A stretch of DNA of 42,458 bases from a bacterium. Its GTDB lineage: Bacteria > Desulfobacterota > Desulfuromonadia > Desulfuromonadales > JAAYDE01. Positions 17,600-25,992 of this stretch are shown here, piece by piece. The position numbers and the translations under genes are program-made. Under the pieces are notes generated by a model. The model saw only the letters and a list, made by a program, of their open reading frames with translations, ran no database searches and was not told the origin of the DNA. Every line of letters begins with the position of its first letter. Positions within the stretch are counted from its first letter, which is position 1. The DNA lies in contig JAILGY010000029.1 of NCBI GenBank assembly GCA_024696325.1, positions 1-42,458 on the forward strand, read 5' to 3'.

Positions 17600-18733
17600 A
17601 TGGCTCAACAAGGAACAATCAAAAAACTCTACGTCAGTGGTTTCAAGTCCATCCGGGAATTAAATGATTTTGAACTGCGCCCTCTGAACATCTTCATCGG
17701 CGCGAACGGCGCGGGCAAGAGCAATCTGGTGCAGCTTTTCCGAATGCTCATGGCTATGGCCGGGAAGCATTTTCAAAAATTCGTCCTGGAAAATGGCGGG
17801 GCAGACAATTTTCTTCATAATGGGCCAAAGCATACGGAGACAATCAATCTTGCATTGGAGTTTATATCACATAGTTCATATTCAGAAGGATCAAATTTTT
17901 ACAGGTGTATACTAACACCTACAGTTGATGATATATTTCTGATTGAAGAAGATAGGAAATATAAAGATTCAAACTGGAATAGTTATGGAAGTGCATCAAA
18001 AGAGAGCAGATTATGCGAAAAAAGTGATGAGAAGTCAATGATAGGAACTAGTTTTGGTATTGGTTATTATGTTTATAATGCTATATCAAATTGGATGGTC
18101 TATCATTTTCATGATACAAGTCCTGCATCGCCTATGCGACGATCCGAGATTATTGAAGATAACTTCAGGTTGAGACATAATGGCAGCAATTTGGCTCCAT
18201 TTTTGCTTTCATTAAAAAATACTTTTTTCAGTAGTTATGATGAAATTGTAAACGCCATACGTTTAGTACTCCCATTTTTTGATGATTTCATCCTTGATAT
18301 TTTCAAGTACGGTGAAGCGGAAAAGGTCAGATTGAGTTGGCGGCAAAAGGGTTCTGACTTCCCGATGCAGCCCTATCATCTGTCTGATGGGTCCATCCGT
18401 TTTATCTGCCTGGCCACGGCGCTTTTGCAGCCGAATCCACCCTCCACCATCATTATCGACGAGCCGGAACTGGGTCTGCATCCGGAGGCCATCCGCATGC
18501 TGGGCGAGCTGATGCAGGACGCGGCCAAACGCGCGCAATTGATTGTGGCCACACAGTCGCCGCTTCTGCTCGATCAGTTTGCCGTCGAAGACATTGTGGT
18601 GGTCAGACGCGAAGGCGGGCAATCCGTTTTTTCCCGGTTGCAACGGGACGATTTCGCCGAATGGTTGGAGGAGTATTCTGTGGGCGATCTCTGGACCCGA
18701 AATATCATTCAGGGGGGCAGCAACCATGAGTGA
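17600..18733 (+). CDS. ABC/SMC-type AAA ATPase (AAA_15/21-like), partner of DUF4276
   Basis: Walker A GANGAGKSN, signature-like LSDGSIRF and Walker B IIIDEPELGLHP. ATQSP is where the H-loop is usually found. GGAG SD. Confidence 0.85.
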   Translation: MAQQGTIKKLYVSGFKSIRELNDFELRPLNIFIGANGAGKSNLVQLFRMLMAMAGKHFQKFVLENGGADNFLHNGPKHTETINLALEFISHSSYSEGSNFYRCILTPTVDDIFLIEEDRKYKDSNWNSYGSASKESRLCEKSDEKSMIGTSFGIGYYVYNAISNWMVYHFHDTSPASPMRRSEIIEDNFRLRHNGSNLAPFLLSLKNTFFSSYDEIVNAIRLVLPFFDDFILDIFKYGEAEKVRLSWRQKGSDFPMQPYHLSDGSIRFICLATALLQPNPPSTIIIDEPELGLHPEAIRMLGELMQDAAKRAQLIVATQSPLLLDQFAVEDIVVVRREGGQSVFSRLQRDDFAEWLEEYSVGDLWTRNIIQGGSNHE

Positions 18734-19457
18734 ATGCCCTGCATCCTTTGCCGAGGTGATCGTGCTGACGGAAGGCACCACAGAACAGCTTTTCGTCAAA
18801 TGCCTGCTTGCTCCGTATCTGGCTTCGCACGGTGTCTACCTGACCCCAATACAGTTGAGCAAGCCCGGCGAGAAGGGCGGGGACGTGAAATTCGCCCGGG
18901 CTAAAAATGATATCGGCAAACACCTCAAGCAGCGGCCTGACACACGGATCACTCTCATGGTGGATTACTACGGCATCAAGTCCGACTGGCCGGGCCATGC
19001 GGAGGCGAAACAGCGCCGTGACCACGTCGAAAGCGCGGCCATCATGCGACAGGCGACCGCACGGGCAGTAGCGGAACTCTTTCCTGGGCTTGATGCGGAG
19101 CGGCGCTTCCTGCCCTATGTTTCCATGCACGAGATCGAGGCGCTGTATTTTAGCGATCCCGCCTGTCTTGCGGAGAAACTGGACGTTGAGCAAAAACGGA
19201 TCGACGCAATTCTCGCGGAGTGTGGGGAGCCGGAGCGTATTGATGATGGTCGGGAAACCGCACCTTCCAAACGGTTGGAAGCGCTCATGCCCCGCTTCAA
19301 GAAAACCGTGACCGGCATTGCCGTTGCAGAGGCCATAGGCATTACAACCATGCGGGCAAAATGCCCGCTCTTCGACGCTTGGCTGCGCGACCTGGAATCG
19401 TTTGCCGAAAACAACGAATTTGTGGAGGAGCTGGACGGGACGGTACCTGGCGCATGA
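18726..19457 (+). CDS. DUF4276 family protein (putative Toprim-like effector partner of the ATPase)
   Basis: 243 aa counted from the ATG at 18726, overlapping the ATPase stop by 8 nt (ATGAGTGA). Family-typical VLTEGTTE, MVDYYG, HEIEALYF and APSKRLE segments, recognised from memory. Confidence 0.7.
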   Translation: MSECPASFAEVIVLTEGTTEQLFVKCLLAPYLASHGVYLTPIQLSKPGEKGGDVKFARAKNDIGKHLKQRPDTRITLMVDYYGIKSDWPGHAEAKQRRDHVESAAIMRQATARAVAELFPGLDAERRFLPYVSMHEIEALYFSDPACLAEKLDVEQKRIDAILAECGEPERIDDGRETAPSKRLEALMPRFKKTVTGIAVAEAIGITTMRAKCPLFDAWLRDLESFAENNEFVEELDGTVPGA

Positions 19458-19505
19458 GGGACGGAGTGCGCAGCGGCTTGGCTTGCATGAAGGGAGAGGA
19501 CAGAA

Positions 19506-20000
19506 GTGCACAGTGAAATTGAACGCCGTTTTCTGGTCACCGGCGATGCCTGGCGAAAGGACGTGGCAAGCCGTGAGGAATTGTTTCAGGGTTATCTGCA
19601 CGTGGGTGATGAAAAGGCGATCCGGGTGCGTCTTGCTTCCGCAGGCGCGACGCTGACCATCAAGGCAGCGATCAGCGACATTGTGCGCCATGAATTCGAA
19701 TATGCGATTCCGCCGGATGATGCGCGGCGTTTGTTGGATCTGTGCGGCTCCCGTCGCGTTGAAAAGATCCGCCACCGTCTGGAGTACGCGGGAAAAATCT
19801 GGGAAGTGGACGAGTTTCTGGGAGAAAATGCCGATCTGGTGCTGGCGGAAATTGAGCTGGAGTGTGAAGGGGAAGAATTTGCAAAACCACCCTGGCTGGA
19901 TCTGGAAGTGACAGGCGATCCGCGCTACAGCAATGCTGCGCTGGCCCTGCTGCCCTTTGGACGTTGGCGGGAGCGCAAAGGCCTGTCTGCTTTGTCCTGA
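19506..20000 (+). CDS. CYTH-domain (triphosphate tunnel metalloenzyme) protein
   Basis: N-terminal EIERRFLV (an ExExK-type motif with R in place of K). 164 aa. GTG start after AAGGGAGAGGA. Confidence 0.8.
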   Translation: MHSEIERRFLVTGDAWRKDVASREELFQGYLHVGDEKAIRVRLASAGATLTIKAAISDIVRHEFEYAIPPDDARRLLDLCGSRRVEKIRHRLEYAGKIWEVDEFLGENADLVLAEIELECEGEEFAKPPWLDLEVTGDPRYSNAALALLPFGRWRERKGLSALS

Positions 20001-20144
20001 AACTCTGCGGAAATTTTTACGTAAAATTATACAAATTTCTAAGTCATTATCTTTACAATAAAAAATTGGCATCATGCATCTCGATCCATTATCATAAAGA
20101 ACAGGTTTTCAAGAACGCCACCCTTCGGAGAAAGGAGAGGCGCC

Positions 20145-20846
20145 ATGAAGGGAATGCTGACGCTTTGTTTGGTGTTGTGCTTGTGCACTCCTGTCTGGGC
20201 ACAGAAGTTGACCACCTTTCTTGATGAGACGGAACGGCGCGCGGCGGCGGAAACACTTCAGCATGCATTGGAAAACAACAAGGATGGTGCGGAAAGTTCC
20301 TGGGCCAATCCGGAACGTCGCCATTCGGGAGCCATCACGCCCACACGCAGCTACATCAACGAGGACAATCTTTCCTGCCGTGAGTATATCTCGACTATTA
20401 TGATTGAGGGCGCATCGATGCGTACACTTGGCTCCGCCTGCCGTAACGGCGAGGGGGGCTGGGTCGTCATGGGAGAGCGGACGGAAGTCTCGAGCTCAAA
20501 TCCGCAACATGTCTACGTCTACCGTGATCCCTACGTCTACGGTTCTTCGGTGTATACCTGTTATGCGCCTGCCTTCTACCCGCACAGGCTTTTCTTCAGC
20601 TTCGCCTTTGGAACAGGCGCTTTTTTCTATCCCTATTTTTACGATGGCTGGTGGTATGGCGGGCCGTATTACCACCATCACCACCATCATCATCCGCCCC
20701 CTCCGCCTGGTCCGGCACCGCATGGTTTTCATGGCGGTCCTCCTGGCCATGCGCCCGGGCATGGGCCGCATGGCGGATTTCACCGGAGTGGTCCGCCGGG
20801 CGGGCATTTTCATGGCGGGCATCACGGCCATGGCCCCCGCCGCTGA
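20145..20846 (+). CDS. Secreted protein with a surface-antigen-like domain, an aromatic-rich segment and a His/Pro/Gly-rich tail
   Basis: Signal peptide MKGMLTLCLVLCLCTPVWA. The central domain has two Cys (CREY...ACRNGEGGW). The C-terminus is HHHHHHHPPPPPGPAPHGFHGGPPGHAPGHGPHGGFH.... AAGGAGAGG SD. Confidence 0.7.
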   Translation: MKGMLTLCLVLCLCTPVWAQKLTTFLDETERRAAAETLQHALENNKDGAESSWANPERRHSGAITPTRSYINEDNLSCREYISTIMIEGASMRTLGSACRNGEGGWVVMGERTEVSSSNPQHVYVYRDPYVYGSSVYTCYAPAFYPHRLFFSFAFGTGAFFYPYFYDGWWYGGPYYHHHHHHHPPPPPGPAPHGFHGGPPGHAPGHGPHGGFHRSGPPGGHFHGGHHGHGPRR

Positions 20847-20929
20847 AACCTTTCAAAGTTTCAAACACCCGGGGCGGGCATGACGCTTGTCCCGGTTTTA
20901 TCTGACAGAATGGAAAGGAGACACGAAAA

Positions 20930-21688
20930 ATGGGTATTCTGGATATTCTCAACAACGGCGACTTGCGCGAGAAATTGAAAGACCTGACCGAGCAGGTCAA
21001 GTCTTCGGCGCAGGAGATGAACTCCACATCGGGGAGTTGGGGCGAGAAGCTGAAGAATCTGACGGAGCAGGTCAAAGCCTCTGCGCAGGAGTTGGGCGAA
21101 AGCCTGCCGGGGGATAAGAAAACTAAAACGCTGGTGGGTGCGGGCGCTCTGGGGGCTCTGCTGGGAGTGATATTTCCCAAAACGGTCAAGGTTGCGGGAC
21201 TGGCCGGAGCCGGAGCCGCTGCCTGGTATTTTTACAAAAAATGGGCGGCCCAGAAGAAAGCGCAGACATCGGCGGCAAACGGGGAACCCATGGCCAAGCA
21301 GGATTCCCTGGATCTGCAGGATCCTGCTGCCGTGCTGCTCTTGCAGGTTATGATCGCTGCTGCTCGTGCCGACGGCCATGTCGATGCCGAGGAGCAGTCC
21401 CGCATTACCACTCTGGTACAGCAAATGTTCCCCGAACAGGACACCGCGTCGCTGCTGCGGCAGCTTGAGACGGCAACCGTGAATCCGGCGGATATTGCCC
21501 GGCAGGTGGGTTCCGCGGAGCAGGGCGAGGATGTCTACCGTCTTTCCTGCCTCATCATTGACATTGACGAAGAGGCGGAACGCCGCTATATGAACGAGTT
21601 GGCGCAGGCGCTCAATATTTCGGAGGAGACAAGGGCGGCGCTGGAAGATGAAGCCCGGGAAGCCCGCCTCAAACTGGAAGCAATCTGA
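20930..21688 (+). CDS. DUF533 / TerB-like inner-membrane protein (YebE-like)
   Basis: Gly/Ala-rich TM segment, and a C-terminal TerB-like region (LLLQVMIAAARADGHVDAEE...). AAAGGAG SD. Confidence 0.7.
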   Translation: MGILDILNNGDLREKLKDLTEQVKSSAQEMNSTSGSWGEKLKNLTEQVKASAQELGESLPGDKKTKTLVGAGALGALLGVIFPKTVKVAGLAGAGAAAWYFYKKWAAQKKAQTSAANGEPMAKQDSLDLQDPAAVLLLQVMIAAARADGHVDAEEQSRITTLVQQMFPEQDTASLLRQLETATVNPADIARQVGSAEQGEDVYRLSCLIIDIDEEAERRYMNELAQALNISEETRAALEDEAREARLKLEAI

Positions 21689-21782
21689 GAAGAGCCCGGA
21701 TTGGAGAACCGTCGCAGTGCTCTGTCTTTGAAAAATGCTGTTGTCTCCGCAGGTTGGAAGACGGTGATGTCGGGAGGAAACT

Positions 21783-22070
21783 ATGGATGGAAGATTTTGG
21801 CTGGTTGTGGGATGCAAGGCAGTCTTTGCAGTGATGCTGATCTACTTTTGCTATGCTCTCTGCATACCGATCCTGTCCATTCTGAAAAGAAACGGGCATG
21901 AAAAACCTTGGAAATCTATCCTGAACATTTTTCGTTTCCTCAAGGAAATCAAGGGAATACAAAAGGAGCTCAAGAGCGACGAGCTGCAAAGCTCCATACG
22001 TTTTCTTCAGAATTCCATTATAATTTCCATTATTTTGATAATTTGGTTCTGCTTTTTTGTGAAGATCTGA
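21783..22070 (+). CDS. Hypothetical small membrane protein in a low-GC patch
   Basis: 95 aa with two hydrophobic segments. A competing 154-aa ORF lies on the opposite strand. No recognisable family. Confidence 0.35.
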   Translation: MDGRFWLVVGCKAVFAVMLIYFCYALCIPILSILKRNGHEKPWKSILNIFRFLKEIKGIQKELKSDELQSSIRFLQNSIIISIILIIWFCFFVKI

Positions 22071-22098
22071 TTTTGAAGTGCAACCGCTTCCTTTGATG

Positions 22099-22130
22099 AA
22101 AAAAGCGGCTCCCGAGGGAACCGCTTTTTT
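22099..22130. terminator. Bidirectional terminator
   Basis: AAAAAAGCGGCTCCC-ga-GGGAACCGCTTTTTT between convergent genes. Confidence 0.7.
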
Positions 22131-22149
22131 CATCTCTCACCATTTCCGT

Positions 22150-23490
22150 TTATTCCAACATCTTTAGGATTTGCTCGGTTTTTTCCTTGAGCAGCTGCGT
22201 GTTGCCGCGGGTTTCCACATTAAGCCGGATCACGGGTTCGGTATTGGAAAGTCTCAGGTTGAAACGCCAGTCGTCAAAGGCGAGGCTCAGACCGTCGGTT
22301 TCATCCCGTATGCCGCCGGGGAAGGCTGCTTCCACAGCCTTCAGGGCTGCCTGAGGATTGGCGTTGCGGCGGTTGATCTCTCCGGAAACCGGGAATTTCG
22401 CAACGCGTTCGTTGACCAGCGCGCTCAGGGGCTGATGGCGGTGGCAGAGTGCCGATACCACGATCAGCCATGGAATCATGCCGCTGTCGCAGTAGAAGAA
22501 ATCCCGGAAGTAGTGATGCGCGCTCATTTCGCCGCCATAGACGGCATCCTCGTTGCGCATGCGTTCCTTGATGAAGGCATGGCCGCTTTTTGATTCCACC
22601 GTTTTGCCGCCCGCCGCCGCGACCAGTGCCTGGGTGTTCCAGATCAGCCGGGGATCATGGATAATGGTTGCACCCGGATGACGGGTCAGGAACATCTCCG
22701 CCAGCAGACCTACCAGATAGTAGCCTTCTATGAAGGCACCCGTTTCGTCGAAGAAGAAGCAGCGGTCAAAATCGCCATCCCAGGCAAGACCCAAATCCGC
22801 GTGATGGTAGCGCACCGCCTTCGCGGTCAGGTCACGTTTGTCCGGGAGCAGCGGATTGGGCACGCCGTTGGGGAAATGCCCGTCCGGCTGGTGCTGAAGC
22901 CGGATGAATTCGAAGGGCAGATGCTCCGCCAGCAGGTCCAGAACCGGGCCGGCGCAGCCGTTGCCGGCGTTGACGACGATTTTGAGCGGCTTGAGCGCCG
23001 CCTTGTCGACGAAGGTCAGAAGGTGACGGATATACTCCGCACGGTGGGCGAGTTGCCGCTCTTCTCCGCACAGGGGCCGGGGAGTAAAATCTTCCATTTC
23101 CACCAGCTTGCGGATGTCGCCCAGTCCGGTGTCGCCACTGATGGGACGCGATTGCGCGCGCACCAGCTTCATCCCGTTGTATTCGGCGGGATTGTGGCTG
23201 GCGGTGACCATGATGCCGCCGTCCAGCTGGAAATGGGCGGTGGCGAAGTAGATCTCCTCCGTGCCGCAGACGCCGATGTTGTGTACCGTTACGCCTTCCT
23301 CACGCAGGCCGCGGGTTACAGCGGCCTGGATCGCCGAACCGGAGAGACGGACATCCCGCCCTATCGCCACCGTCCGGGGCTTGAGCCATTGCGCGTAGGC
23401 CCGTCCGATGCGCCATGCCAGCTTTTCGTTCAGTTCTTCCGGAACTTTGCCCCGGATATCATAGGCCTTGAAGCATGTCGTCTTCTGCAT
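22150..23490 (-). CDS. Phosphomannomutase/phosphoglucomutase
   Basis: [16 protein letters not shown]-terminus. Active-site [21 protein letters not shown]. Confidence 0.92.
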   Translation of the reverse strand: MQKTTCFKAYDIRGKVPEELNEKLAWRIGRAYAQWLKPRTVAIGRDVRLSGSAIQAAVTRGLREEGVTVHNIGVCGTEEIYFATAHFQLDGGIMVTASHNPAEYNGMKLVRAQSRPISGDTGLGDIRKLVEMEDFTPRPLCGEERQLAHRAEYIRHLLTFVDKAALKPLKIVVNAGNGCAGPVLDLLAEHLPFEFIRLQHQPDGHFPNGVPNPLLPDKRDLTAKAVRYHHADLGLAWDGDFDRCFFFDETGAFIEGYYLVGLLAEMFLTRHPGATIIHDPRLIWNTQALVAAAGGKTVESKSGHAFIKERMRNEDAVYGGEMSAHHYFRDFFYCDSGMIPWLIVVSALCHRHQPLSALVNERVAKFPVSGEINRRNANPQAALKAVEAAFPGGIRDETDGLSLAFDDWRFNLRLSNTEPVIRLNVETRGNTQLLKEKTEQILKMLE

Positions 23491-23522
23491 GACCGGATCC
23501 TCCTTTTCCTTGCGTTTTGGAC

Positions 23523-25364
23523 CTACAATATCTCGTGAACGTCAGGAACCATGTCAACTTTGACCGGAATTTGGTAGTTGCGTTCCACCTGGACCGGTTT
23601 GTTCATTTCCTCCAGCAGAGCGTTGTCCCGTCCGTAGATATCGCTTTTGAAAACAACCGAACCGTTCGCATTGGCCTGGGCCGTCCAGTAGAACAGCATA
23701 ATGGGCATGGGCTCGTTCAGGTTGATGTTTTTGGTTTTGTTGGTGGCCAGCACCGCACGCAGACTCTTGGAAGCGGCCGGAGATTTCAACAGGAGATCCG
23801 CCAGCTCGAAGGGACGATCGATTCTGACGCAGCCGGAACTGGTACCGCGATTGCCACGTGAAAAACCGCCGCGGTTGGGGGTATCATGCAGATAGACGGA
23901 GTGCGAATTGGGGAAGATGAACTTGATGCGCCCCAGGGCATTACGCGGGCCGGGTTCCTGCCGCAGCAGGTAGGGGAATTTTCCCTTGGCGTGGCGGTAA
24001 CTCGCCCAGTTTATCGAACCAGGGCTAACCGGACGGCCCTGGCGGTCCAGAATCTGGATGTTGCGGCGCGCCAGATAACCGGGATCGGCCATCATCGCCG
24101 GCACGGTGTCTTCCGCGATAATTGTGGGCGGCACTGTCCAGGTAGGGTTCACAACCAGGAAATCAATCTGGGAACGCAGAGCCGGTGTCTGTCGCTGCGG
24201 CCGGCCCACCTGCACCCGTGAAGACCAGAGGACATGGCCATCCTTCATCAGATAGGCCATATATCCGGCTATATCCACCAGTACGTACTGCTTGGGCACA
24301 TTGCGCAGAAACCAGCGCATCCGCTCAAGGTTAACCCGCATTTTGTTGATGCTTTGGGAAGAACCAACTGTCGATACCGCTGCTGCCGGCGTTTCTGGAG
24401 GCATGTTCAGGGCCTCAAGCGTGCGCGGGCCAGCTACGCCGTCAGGGGTCAGGTTGTGGCGCTGCTGGAAGTTTTTCAGGGCCTGGATCATGCGCGCATC
24501 CATGGTTTCCGGAACTGGCGCGGTCAGATCGCCGCTTGCAATCAGCCGTTCACCCAACTGGGCAACCCTTGGGCCACGCGCACCTGCCCGCAAGGGGGTG
24601 CCGCCGCCCGTCCCCCGCACGCTGAGCGCCCCGGGATTTCTGCGGTAGCGGCTCATCGCGTCCCTCAGGCGGACATAGTCTGGATGCTGCGGCAACAGCT
24701 GGCGCAGCATTCCGGCGACGCCGTTTCGCGCCAGCCTGTCCTGCACGTAGGGGAGAAAATCGTCGCGGCTGACGGGCTGGGCAAAGTTCCAGGCGGTATG
24801 CATCAGGCCTTGCGGCACCCGGCCGAAGGCCAAATGATGGGCCATCAGCAGCAGAGCATCGCTGCACAGCAGATCAAAACGCGCGGTCTGGGTGGCGTTG
24901 AGCCGTCCCTGTTGCAGTTCACCGTACATTTTCTTGAGCGTGGTGATGTGGTAGTCCGAAGGCCTCAAACCGTCGTTTGCGATATCGTCGATGCTGTTGA
25001 GCAGCTCTTCTACCGTCTGCGTATTCTGCCAGGCCGGCTCGAAATTGCGAGACTCGTAGAAACGCGGCAACATGTTGGTCATTGCCAACCAGGAACCTTC
25101 CACAACCAGACGCTCTCCGCTGCGGATGCGCTCCATCTCCGTATGAATGGCGTTGCTCAGATCCGAGGCTGCAACCGGCACCAGCATCCCCGCCCATATG
25201 ATACCCATCAACAACAGAAACCGGAATTGCCGGCGCAATCCGGACCGGTGATTTTGCTCAAACACGTCTCTCCTCCACTTGAAATCAAAAAATTTTTCAT
25301 TTTTCTGCAAAACAGCCTTGCCTTTTTTTTGGGCATATTCGGCCAACAAGCTCAAGTATCGCAA
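23523..25364 (-). CDS. L,D-transpeptidase (YcbB/LdtD-like) with a peptidoglycan-binding domain
   Basis: YkuD catalytic motif [25 protein letters not shown]_binding-like [20 protein letters not shown]. The true start is uncertain and may lie downstream, near the signal-like [24 protein letters not shown]. Confidence 0.8.
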   Translation of the reverse strand: MRYLSLLAEYAQKKGKAVLQKNEKFFDFKWRRDVFEQNHRSGLRRQFRFLLLMGIIWAGMLVPVAASDLSNAIHTEMERIRSGERLVVEGSWLAMTNMLPRFYESRNFEPAWQNTQTVEELLNSIDDIANDGLRPSDYHITTLKKMYGELQQGRLNATQTARFDLLCSDALLLMAHHLAFGRVPQGLMHTAWNFAQPVSRDDFLPYVQDRLARNGVAGMLRQLLPQHPDYVRLRDAMSRYRRNPGALSVRGTGGGTPLRAGARGPRVAQLGERLIASGDLTAPVPETMDARMIQALKNFQQRHNLTPDGVAGPRTLEALNMPPETPAAAVSTVGSSQSINKMRVNLERMRWFLRNVPKQYVLVDIAGYMAYLMKDGHVLWSSRVQVGRPQRQTPALRSQIDFLVVNPTWTVPPTIIAEDTVPAMMADPGYLARRNIQILDRQGRPVSPGSINWASYRHAKGKFPYLLRQEPGPRNALGRIKFIFPNSHSVYLHDTPNRGGFSRGNRGTSSGCVRIDRPFELADLLLKSPAASKSLRAVLATNKTKNINLNEPMPIMLFYWTAQANANGSVVFKSDIYGRDNALLEEMNKPVQVERNYQIPVKVDMVPDVHEIL

Positions 25365-25552
25365 GATTTCTCATGGAAAATCAATATATTTATTGCAGGA
25401 TGCGTGGTTGGGTACTGTCTCGTAATGTCCTGAAAAATATGGATTTTAACGGAGCCGGGACAAGGTGTTTTTCTGCCGGGCGCAAAAGCCGCGGCAACGC
25501 GCCGAAAGAGCTGGGGAAACATCCACTCCTACGCTTTCCACTCTGTGGAAAC

Positions 25553-25582
25553 TTGTGCAGGGAGCGGTCCTTACGCTATAAG
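25553..25582 (+). promoter_or_regulatory. Possible sigma70-like promoter for the B12-regulated operon
   Basis: TTGTGC, 18-nt spacer, TATAAG, immediately upstream of the riboswitch. Confidence 0.3.
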
Positions 25583-25599
25583 GAAGAACCTTTCCATGG

Positions 25600-25776
25600 G
25601 TGGAAGGGACGTTTCGGTGTCCACTTTTCGTGGGTGAAAAGGGAAGAGGGGCGTACATCCCCCGCGGACCCGCCGCTGTGATCAGCCGTTTTTCGTCTTT
25701 TGTGCCACTGGGCCTCCTGAAGGGGCCTGGGAAGGCAGACGGAAAACCATGACTGTAAGCCAGAAGACCTGCCGGA
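25600..25776 (+). promoter_or_regulatory. Cobalamin (B12) riboswitch
   Basis: GGUGAAAAGGGAA...CAUCCCCCGCGGACCCGCCGCUGU, then GCCACUGGGCC...CCUGGGAAGGC, and the B12 box AGCCAGAAGACCUGCC (25758-25773). It sits upstream of a TonB-dependent receptor. Confidence 0.88.
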
Positions 25777-25882
25777 ACGTATATATTCACACTCTCTTCG
25801 GGTGATTGGGAGGGCGTCCTGATGTGCGGTGCGCAAAGGTTTGCGTGGGCCTGGCGGAGGCGTTTGCGAACCTGTACGGGAG

Positions 25883-25922
25883 AGCCCGCTCTTCTTTTGA
25901 TGGGAAGAGATCGGGCTTTTTT
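25883..25922 (+). terminator. Riboswitch expression-platform terminator
   Basis: AGCCCGCTCTTC / GAAGAGatCGGGCT hairpin followed by TTTTTT, about 70 nt before the btuB start. Confidence 0.7.
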
Positions 25923-25992
25923 GTCGGCCGCCGCGGTCCAGGCTTGCCTTGCGCCTTTCATCGCGGAGGGAACAACTGCGAGGAGGTTGTTT

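Noticed and set aside
18705-20075. 456-aa minus-strand ORF spanning the DUF4276 and CYTH genes
   Set aside because: It crosses an intergenic gap and two well-supported plus-strand genes, and has no recognisable domains.
25822-25992. Long N-terminal extension of btuB
   Set aside because: It overlaps the riboswitch expression platform and terminator. The ATG at 25993 follows GAGGAGG and gives a proper signal peptide.
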